This document shows, piece after piece, positions 37,879 to 46,000 of a DNA stretch of 64,000 nucleotides. Within the stretch, counting starts at the first letter, position 1; the number at the start of each line of letters is the position of its first letter. The translations under genes and the position numbers were made by a program. This DNA is from an uncultured virus (IMG/VR IMGVR_UViG_3300042429_001351). Taxonomy: Duplodnaviria; Heunggongvirae; Uroviricota; Caudoviricetes. The stretch lies in IMG/VR virus record IMGVR_UViG_3300042429_001351; one strand, written 5' to 3'. Below the pieces are notes generated by a model, which searched no databases, was not told the origin of the DNA, and worked only from the letters and a program-made list of their open reading frames with translations.

Positions 37879-38754
37879 ATGCTCGATACAACGGAAATGC
37901 TCGTTTCCGACAATGACCTCAGCATATATATGGATATATCTTTTTCCATGCGTCAGAAGGACGCGGCGGAGTTTGTCCTAAAGGGTCTACAGATGGAATT
38001 AGAAGCTTACCTAGGTAGGCCGGTAAGGCCTCAGGATTTTACGGAGAGCCATGTCATACCAAGCTCCTACGTTGGAATTCCTGCAACATCCTTCTTCTAT
38101 GATTCAAGTCTTAACTCAACTGGGGAGAGCCTTAATTATTTAATGCCCGCAATAAATATTTCCTTGAGGAATACTCCAGTTATTAAAGTGACAGAAGTTA
38201 AGTTTAGAAATATTGCTGCCCCATATCAATTAATGGGCGAAGCTGTGACCCGTACCTGCGACATAACCGCCGCTCAACAAACTTCTGCATCAGTAACATA
38301 CACATCGACCGGACACAGTCTAACGGTTGGTCAAACAGTGTCGATTAAAAACACAACTCCCTCAACATACAATCTTTCAAATAAACAGATAGTCTCCATA
38401 ACATCAAATACTTTTACAGTTGCTGAAGTTGTTGGTTCGCTCGGTACTTATGTTAGTGGTGGTGTTGCAACAGCAACAGGAAATGATTATGTCGTTCATC
38501 GTTACGGTCTTGAGCTTTTTAGGGGATTTGCCAACGATATAGTTGATGTCACTTATCGCGGAGGCCTCGAAGGCGACATACAGGAAATGTTCAAGCTAAT
38601 GATTCTTCGCGCTGCAACACGTGAAATGCAAAACATGCATGACGACGTTGTTGGTATAAAAGATTTGAATTCCAGGAACGTTGCTCCGCTTGAGACTGGA
38701 TTCCTGGAAAAAGAACTAAATGCTATGAAAACTTACAGGCGAAGAAGAATTTAA
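37879..38754 (+). CDS. Head-tail connector/adaptor with inserted beta-rich domain
   Basis: ELEAYLGR, LRNTPVIKVTEV, VDVTYRGG, C-terminal ELNAMKTYRRRRI; position before neck and sheath genes. Confidence 0.75.
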   Translation: MLDTTEMLVSDNDLSIYMDISFSMRQKDAAEFVLKGLQMELEAYLGRPVRPQDFTESHVIPSSYVGIPATSFFYDSSLNSTGESLNYLMPAINISLRNTPVIKVTEVKFRNIAAPYQLMGEAVTRTCDITAAQQTSASVTYTSTGHSLTVGQTVSIKNTTPSTYNLSNKQIVSITSNTFTVAEVVGSLGTYVSGGVATATGNDYVVHRYGLELFRGFANDIVDVTYRGGLEGDIQEMFKLMILRAATREMQNMHDDVVGIKDLNSRNVAPLETGFLEKELNAMKTYRRRRI

Positions 38755-39215
38755 TGGCTGAAACAGAAATCAAAATCTCCACACGGGGACTGGGGTCGAT
38801 GATTGCTAGCCTAGAAAAAAAAATAGTTAGAGCACAGGATTTTGCTCCAATTTTTCCAAAGGCAAAGGCAGAAATTGCTTTATCAACTGCCGCAAACTTT
38901 ACATCCAATGGTCTCTTGGTTGGCGGGTGGTCTCCTCTTGACGCACAGTACGGCGCCTGGAAGATGACTCGTTTTCCCGGAGCACCACCAATGGTTCGTA
39001 CTGGAAGATTGTTTGCAAGTTTGACATCTCAGAATATGGCGTCTGTAAACATTGCCCCAAAATCATTTACCATTGGGACAAACGTCGAGTATGCAAAGTT
39101 TCACCAATATGGAACTTCCAAAATGGCAAAGAGAAAAATACTTTTTGTTCCTGCGGAGTTTTCTGCAAAGTTTGCAAACGATGCCGCCAAATGGGTTAAC
39201 TCAGGAAACATCTAA
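38754..39215 (+). CDS. Phage virion morphogenesis (Mu gpG-like) neck protein
   Basis: WSPL...MVRTGRLFASL...IGTNVEYAKFHQYGTSKMAKRKIL. Confidence 0.85.
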   Translation: MAETEIKISTRGLGSMIASLEKKIVRAQDFAPIFPKAKAEIALSTAANFTSNGLLVGGWSPLDAQYGAWKMTRFPGAPPMVRTGRLFASLTSQNMASVNIAPKSFTIGTNVEYAKFHQYGTSKMAKRKILFVPAEFSAKFANDAAKWVNSGNI

Positions 39216-39862
39216 TGGAACCAGCCGAGTTGATGTATGGGGCTCAGTTTGCAAAAAAGTTTGTAACCGACTACCTAAAAACCGATATCCCAAATCGATT
39301 GGTCATGTACAGAAACGGCTGGAACCTTGACGACATTGTTCTACCCAATCCTGAATCATATTTGACATATGAGCCTCTTGCCCTTGATGCGTGGCCCACG
39401 ATAATTACAGTGGTTCTTTCAACCAAGACCTTCGATAGGCGTGGTTTTGCAAATGGCCTAGACCCTCTTTATAGAGTTGTATACGGTATGAGAACATACG
39501 TATGGGTCCGCACGGAGGGTTCTGAGCAGACAACCGATATGCGCGACAGATTGACCACCGTTGTCCGCTCCGCACTCCTTGACTACCCGTGCCTTCAGAG
39601 GGATGGGGCTGACAGGGAGGCAATGATTGACGAATCTACGGTTGGCGAAGAATTTTCGGATTTAACCCTTCTCAAAGGTGACAGAGTTCTTGCGGGAGCA
39701 TATATCGCCTACGACCTAGCAATAGACGAAGTCATAGCCAGACAGAATATTGCCGATGAAGTGACGAGATTTGAATTTGAGGTGGGACAAAACCCACTCT
39801 CTACGGCGATTTCCGGAATCACAAACTTTGACGGAACTCCGGTTTCTATATCTGCAGACTGA
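39215..39862 (+). CDS. Putative tail terminator/completion protein
   Basis: Synteny between neck and sheath genes. Confidence 0.55.
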   Translation: MEPAELMYGAQFAKKFVTDYLKTDIPNRLVMYRNGWNLDDIVLPNPESYLTYEPLALDAWPTIITVVLSTKTFDRRGFANGLDPLYRVVYGMRTYVWVRTEGSEQTTDMRDRLTTVVRSALLDYPCLQRDGADREAMIDESTVGEEFSDLTLLKGDRVLAGAYIAYDLAIDEVIARQNIADEVTRFEFEVGQNPLSTAISGITNFDGTPVSISAD

Positions 39863-39863
39863 C

Positions 39864-40229
39864 ATGGACGATAGTTTCTTTCAACCACTAGACAACTATA
39901 CAGAAAAACTGGATAGCTCATATTCCGACTGCGTCCAAATACAGAATTTATCTGGGGGAATACTTCAGGCCGTAGAGGGCATTTATATGAGAAACTATTC
40001 ATTCGGACTTGTTTCTAAAAGCAACAAGAATATCGAAAAGTTTTTAAAGCAAAGAAAAATAAAAGTCTATGAATTCTCTGTGGTGAAAGCTGCAAAGAAA
40101 AAGAAAACTGAAGAAAAAAAGAAGATTGAGATGCCCCCAGCAGAAAAATCAGGACAAAGCATTGACATCGGTAATTTAACAGCACTATTTACCAAAGAAG
40201 AAAGCAACAAAAATCAAGACGAGATTTAA
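39864..40229 (+). CDS. Hypothetical protein
   Basis: Probable ATG 1 bp after the previous stop; Lys-rich C-terminus. Confidence 0.6.
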   Translation: MDDSFFQPLDNYTEKLDSSYSDCVQIQNLSGGILQAVEGIYMRNYSFGLVSKSNKNIEKFLKQRKIKVYEFSVVKAAKKKKTEEKKKIEMPPAEKSGQSIDIGNLTALFTKEESNKNQDEI

Positions 40230-40329
40230 GCGTTCCGGTTAAAACGTACGCCAAAATCAAGCTGCGAGTAGTTATACTCTCAGTAGTCTCATAACAAATA
40301 GTTCCGATTTAAATGGGACGGAGGAAACA

Positions 40330-41790
40330 ATGCCAGGCATAATTGTAACCACATCAGTTCGTACGGGTCCAACAAACACTCAGACAGCAGCGACCGCGAC
40401 AATGTTCGTAGTCGGTGTAACAGAGCGCGGGCCAGATGGCACCTCGCATCTTGTTACCAGCATCTCTGACTTCCAAGATATTTTTGGTGGTTACGTTTCG
40501 GATGGCTGGACATACCAAACTATTGAAACATTCTTCGAAGAAGGTGGCGCACGTGCATACGTGTCACGTGTCGTCGATGAAAGCGCAGTAGAGGCAAGTA
40601 TCGATTTGTCGGTTTCGGGCAGCGTTGCTGTAAGCCTTTTGGCATCAGGAACCGGAACATGGGCAAACACATCAGCCCTTGGTGGGTTGACCGCGCAAGT
40701 GACGCACCCATCTGCTACGACTTTCAAGGTATTGATTGCTCTGAATGGAACACAAGTTTTCGCCAGTCAGTCACACACATCGATTGCAAACTTTGTCGAG
40801 GAAATAAACAACAACTCAACCGCAGCCTTGTACCTGACAGCTTCTGCTGGAACTACAACCACTAGACCTGCGGTAATGGCTGCAACAGCTTTCTCTGGTG
40901 GAACAAACGGTTCAGCACTTGTTGATGCAGATGTTGTAACAGCGCTTAACACTTTTACATCGAACCTTGGACCAGGCTCTGTCTGTGCTCCAGGATTCAC
41001 ATCGACAGCAGTTCGTACTGCCCTTCTCGACCATGCAGAAGATAACAACCGTATCGCGCTCATGGGATTTGACAAGGAAGACACGGCTTCACAGGCAATC
41101 GCGGACGTGACTGATTTCTCGGGTCTGGCAAATGCCCAGTTTGGTGCATTCTTCTACCCATGGGTAAAGATTCCAAACGGAACTCTCACTTCGGTGATTC
41201 CACCAGAGGGATACGTCGCTGGAAAACGCGCACAGGTGCAAAATCAGTTCGGTGCATGGAATCCGTACGCTGGCGAAAGAACAGAATCAGATTTCGTAAC
41301 CGGGCTTTATACATCGCTTTCGAAGTCCGAGGCTGACGCGCTCGATGCCGGTTTCGTTAACCCAATCAGAGTAATTAACGGCACCGTACGTGTTTATGGT
41401 GCTCGTTCGGCCTCTGATGACACCGACAACTACAGATTCATCATGGCTCGCGAAGTTCTTAACCAGATTACGTACGAAGCAGAACAGGCTCTTGAAGCAC
41501 TGTTGTTCTTGCCAATCGACGGACGTCGGTCAACTTTCTCGCGAGTTGCTGCAACGCTCACCGCAATCATGGACAGAATCCGCATTGGCGGTGGCCTCTA
41601 TGAAGCATTCGGTGCAGATGGAAAACAAATCGACCCTGGCTACACAGTTCAGGTTAATGAAGCGAACAACCCGCTTACCCAGCTTGCAACTGGTGTCATC
41701 AAGGCGAAAGTTGGAGCAAGAGTCTCCTCGATTGGTGACACAATTGAAGTAGAAATTACAAAGTCCAATCTAACGGCGACGTTGGTATAG
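40330..41790 (+). CDS. Tail sheath protein
   Basis: MPGI..., VGVTERGP, FFEEGGARAYVSRV, FFYPWV, PPEGYVAG, VNPIR...VYGAR; GGAGG RBS. Confidence 0.93.
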   Translation: MPGIIVTTSVRTGPTNTQTAATATMFVVGVTERGPDGTSHLVTSISDFQDIFGGYVSDGWTYQTIETFFEEGGARAYVSRVVDESAVEASIDLSVSGSVAVSLLASGTGTWANTSALGGLTAQVTHPSATTFKVLIALNGTQVFASQSHTSIANFVEEINNNSTAALYLTASAGTTTTRPAVMAATAFSGGTNGSALVDADVVTALNTFTSNLGPGSVCAPGFTSTAVRTALLDHAEDNNRIALMGFDKEDTASQAIADVTDFSGLANAQFGAFFYPWVKIPNGTLTSVIPPEGYVAGKRAQVQNQFGAWNPYAGERTESDFVTGLYTSLSKSEADALDAGFVNPIRVINGTVRVYGARSASDDTDNYRFIMAREVLNQITYEAEQALEALLFLPIDGRRSTFSRVAATLTAIMDRIRIGGGLYEAFGADGKQIDPGYTVQVNEANNPLTQLATGVIKAKVGARVSSIGDTIEVEITKSNLTATLV

Positions 41791-41806
41791 GTTCACGGAG
41801 GAATAT

Positions 41807-42253
41807 ATGGCATCAGGTAAATTAGCTCAGAGGCAAATAATTGCCGAAATCACACCCCTTGCGGGTGGTGACGTAGTGGGTCCAGCCCTTTCCGGATACT
41901 TTGCACAGGTATCTGGTGGCGAAATCACGGCCGCCGTTGAAAAGATTTACGTCGGTGGAACACCGTTCCCCGAAGTACTTTGCGCCCCTTCAGAAGTCGG
42001 CGACATGACCCTCACTAGGCATTACGATACAGACCTTCGAACCATCATGAAGGACCTCCGCCTTGTTGTCGGTCGTGCGTACTACGAATTGAAGATTTAC
42101 GACACAGACTGCGACCTTAAAAACTCACAGTCAGAGCGCATTTATTCCAAGGTTCTTTTGACGGGTCTTTCGGAACCAGAAGGTGATGCATCAAGCGGTG
42201 CACCAGCAACCATCGCGTTGACCTTCGCTGTTTCTGGCGCTCCAACTCAATAA
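41807..42253 (+). CDS. Tail tube protein
   Basis: Follows the sheath; FAQVSGG, DMTLTR, EGDASSG; GGAGG RBS. Confidence 0.85.
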   Translation: MASGKLAQRQIIAEITPLAGGDVVGPALSGYFAQVSGGEITAAVEKIYVGGTPFPEVLCAPSEVGDMTLTRHYDTDLRTIMKDLRLVVGRAYYELKIYDTDCDLKNSQSERIYSKVLLTGLSEPEGDASSGAPATIALTFAVSGAPTQ

Positions 42254-42300
42254 GTATTGACATCCGCCACTAAGGGCATAGCCCTGATAGTGTTGCGGCC

Positions 42301-42810
42301 ATGACAAACTTCTACCAAGAACAAAACGAACTGTCCAAGCCTGCTCCATCTTTCGACGGAGCTGACGAAAATGTGCTTGACGCACTTAAAGCTGTTATCT
42401 CCAAAAAGGTACAGCGGAACGAAATATTCATCAACGTTCCAGAGCGTCCGGGCGTCACACTGTTGATTAGTCCGAATATCACGCAGAACCAAATCAAAGC
42501 GTGGCAAAAGAATTCCGGCTCGGAGTCCAAGAACGGTATTGATGCAACCAAGTTTGCATGTCAAGTCATTGGTCATACAACAAAAGGCATCTTCCTCAAT
42601 GGCGAAGAAGTCCTTGAAGATGGCAAGTCGCTCGGCTTTGCATCTCCAGCCGTACTCAAGATGACTGGTGCTGCACGCGCACTCCCAGATGGTGTTCAAA
42701 TGTTTTTCGGTCTCGACCCACACGTCGAGTCTGCTGCTCTTGCAATCATTGATGCTGCAGGTTACGGTGACACCGTAGAACAGCAAGAAAACCCCTCGAA
42801 TCAGTCCTAG
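42301..42810 (+). CDS. Tail assembly chaperone (G form)
   Basis: Lies between tube and tape measure genes; ends ENPSNQS with a slippery heptamer. Confidence 0.8.
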   Translation: MTNFYQEQNELSKPAPSFDGADENVLDALKAVISKKVQRNEIFINVPERPGVTLLISPNITQNQIKAWQKNSGSESKNGIDATKFACQVIGHTTKGIFLNGEEVLEDGKSLGFASPAVLKMTGAARALPDGVQMFFGLDPHVESAALAIIDAAGYGDTVEQQENPSNQS

Positions 42811-42986
42811 AAGAATTAAGCGAAGACACGCGCATTCAGACGGCTGCGCGTCTAGGTGAGGTTTTCGGTACAGACCCAATAAAACTACTCAATTGCTCGT
42901 TCGAGGAATGGGTAATTAGGCTTGCTTGTGCTAAAGTTGTTCAAGAAGACCGCGAGGCAGCCGAGAGAAAATCTAACGGCTTCTAG
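42795..42986 (+). CDS. -1 frameshift extension of the tail assembly chaperone (GT form)
   Basis: A AAC CCC at 42789-42795; -1 frame reads LESVLEELSEDTRIQTAARLGEVFGTDPIKLLNCSFEEWVIRLACAKVVQEDREAAERKSNGF* with no ATG. Confidence 0.8.
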   Translation, partial: LESVLEELSEDTRIQTAARLGEVFGTDPIKLLNCSFEEWVIRLACAKVVQEDREAAERKSNGF

Positions 42987-43021
42987 TGTGTCGCAGATAT
43001 TTATCTAAGGCATAAGAGACT

Positions 43022-46000
43022 ATGGCAGCTGACGAACGCGCAACGATAACTATTGACGTAGACGTCAAAAATCTGAATAGGCTTCAGCAGGTTACCGCTG
43101 CGCTTGAAGCAATGGGCGTCGCATCCGAAGTAAACGCCGCTAAGTTCGGCAATCTTACGGGAGCAATGACTGGTCACTCAAGGGCATCAAATAAAGCATC
43201 AAAAGATTCACAAAGACTATACGAGAAAATAAGCATACTCGACAAAGTAAGCATGCAATTTACTAAACAAGCGCGAAAGTTGATGCTTGGAGTAATGGCT
43301 ATGAGCATTGAATTCGGCGTATCTGCTCTCGCCTTGGCCTCAGTCAACGCACTGTTCGTTATAGGAAAAGTTCTTGTAAAGAGCTATCAACTTGCAATGC
43401 AGGGACTGGCCGCAGGTCTCGCATCGGTTGGCGTTGCCGCTATTGCCGCCGCCGCTGCGTTTAGCGAAATGCAAACAGCTCAATTCGCATTTAGATACTC
43501 GAGCGATTCAACGACTAATTCAATGGATAAATCCTCGCTCGCGCTCAGAGGTTTATACAAGGACACTCAGTTAAACATCTACGGCATGAAAGCTCTTTCT
43601 GCAGCATTTGCTGGAGTGAGCAAGAATTCTACGTTTACTGCTGGTTCGCAAAAGATGCTCCAGGGTTTTTCAGATTTTATTGCATCAAGTGGTGACCCAA
43701 CGAAAGCGATGCAGGCAGCAGCTAATGCTATTGGTTTAATCCAGAAAAAACAAACTGGAACGTCAAAGCAGATGTCCACAGAAGCAATTAATGCAATCAA
43801 ACAAATAAACCCAGCTTTGGCTGATTTGGCCAAAAAGGGTGGTGGTGGATTTGGCAATAAAGATAAATTTATTGAGGCTTTGCTTGATGGTTCACTTGCA
43901 GAAAAATCTGGTGTTGCTGGTGCTGCATCCAATGTTGCCGGAACACTTTTCGCCCAATTCAAAAGCTACCTAACAAGTTCTTTTGTTGAATTAGCAGATG
44001 TTGGTAAGCGTGTGCTTGAACCAGTCAAGAAGGCAATGCATGCAATATTTACTAGCTTGACCAAGAATTTTAGACGGATTAGTTCTGACCTTGTAGCTTT
44101 TGGTCAAGGACCATTCCTCAAGTCACTCGTTACTGCTGTTGACAAGCTCGGCGAGTTTGCAGTCATGCTTATCAGGAAGGTCCTTCCCACAACTGAGGGT
44201 TTCTCTAAAAGGATAAGCGGAATCTTTTATCAGTTACAAAGATATTTTTATCAGGTTACAACATCGTTGGACAAAATGCGTGACGGTGGGACCATTGTTA
44301 TCAAAACTTTTGGTGAACCAATACTCGAAATATTTAAACAGATTGGTAAAAGTGCTCGAAACATCGGGGAGCTAGCGGTGAAGCACAAGGATAGCTTCCT
44401 TAAATTCGGAGAAGCCCTAAAAAATATTGTTGTTGGATTTTTTGATTTATCAAAAACTTTTAAAGAAGCATTTACTGGAGCCTTGCCGGTTATCACAACC
44501 GTCCTTAACGCTATTGCAAAAATAGTTTCGGCGGTGAACAAAGTTTTTGGAATGCTAACGGGTCCCAACAACCCAATAGGTTCTGCTATAGGAATATTCG
44601 CAATGGGCGGAATGGCGCTTAAAGGTACCAGAGCTGCACAAAGGAAAAGGAGATATTCGGGAAGTGGTGGTGGTGGTATTCCTGGATACAACGAAGTCAG
44701 CGAAATGGACTGGGCTGCTAGAGGACTGCCAATGCCCAGCAATGCAAGCGGAGCAGCAACCGCAGCAGGTGGTGGAACATCCCTAAGCGGTGCAATGGCC
44801 GTAGCCGCAAGTGCTGCATCAGAAGCTCTAACAACAGGTCTTGCCCCTGGAATAGGTTCTGTTACTGGTGCTTCCAATGCAGCTGCAACAGCATTAAACA
44901 AACTCGCAACCACGGCAAGCGGAGCATCAATGAAGGGCGGCATGAAGGGTGGGTCGGTCGATGACTATGGATACATCGAAAAGATGCCTACGCGTTTGCC
45001 TGGACAATCACAAGCCGACTACATGCGAGATAGAACAAGATACATAATGAATAATAGGGGCGACGACTTACGTGACCTTGAATCTCGCGGTCCCCTATAC
45101 GAACCATTGATTGCACCAGATGGACGAGTTGGTAGTGGAGGAGGGAGAACTCCACAAATAAACCGCGGTCAAAGATATGACTCATTTGGATTACCAATTG
45201 CTGGGGGCGCAGCGACAACCAGAGAGCAATACAAATCTCAACGGTTTGATATAAGCAAAAAATCAGATGCTTTTGCACGCTTACTGGGTTATAGCGACAC
45301 TACCGCTGGACGCGCAGCTGACAGCCTGTGGAATTCGCCCGAATTTTTGAACTCTGCAGCTCAAGACAGTATGACCAGAAGTCAAAAATTGATGTCATTT
45401 TTACGTCCTAAGGGCAAGAGGGCATCTGACCTATATGCGGAAACTAAAGGTGGTCTGAAATCATTTTTGCCAAACACGGGCGCAACGATGAAAGGTCAGG
45501 CTCTACAAGTAAAAGACACCTTAAAGAATTCCCCACAAGCGCTTAAGTCATTTTGGAGAGGTTCTGGTGGCGGGATAACTGGAGCAATGTCAGGTGGCGG
45601 CACAACTGGTGCATCTGCGGCCGCTGGTGGAGGTCGAGTGATTAATGCTGGTCCAGGAAGTATCAGGGACATTGGACTGAAGGGGAAGCTTGGATACTTG
45701 GGAGGTAGAACCTTATTTGGTCAAGGGTATAAAGGCGGAACCTTCGGTACAGAACTGAAGAATTTGGTCACCGGCAAGAACATGAGAGACCGTTATCAAA
45801 TGTCTCTAGCTAATCAGCAAGCTGTTTTTGCGAAGAATAATCCAGAAGCCGCTGCAGCAGGCGTAAAGATGCAGGGCAGCAGACTGAAGGCAATGAAGGC
45901 TGCAACAAAAGCAAATCTCAGCGGCCTTGGTGGTATGGGTGCAATGGCTGCTGGTTACGCGGCTAGCAGATTTGGCAATGAAGAAAATATGGGCGCTCTG

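Noticed and set aside
2576..45589. TGAM motif as an internal Shine-Dalgarno plus ATG (GGAGCAATG) or as a DNA repeat
   Set aside because: Only some copies use GGA, GGAG would lie just 2 nt from the ATG, and synonymous codons vary. Internal initiation is not fully excluded.
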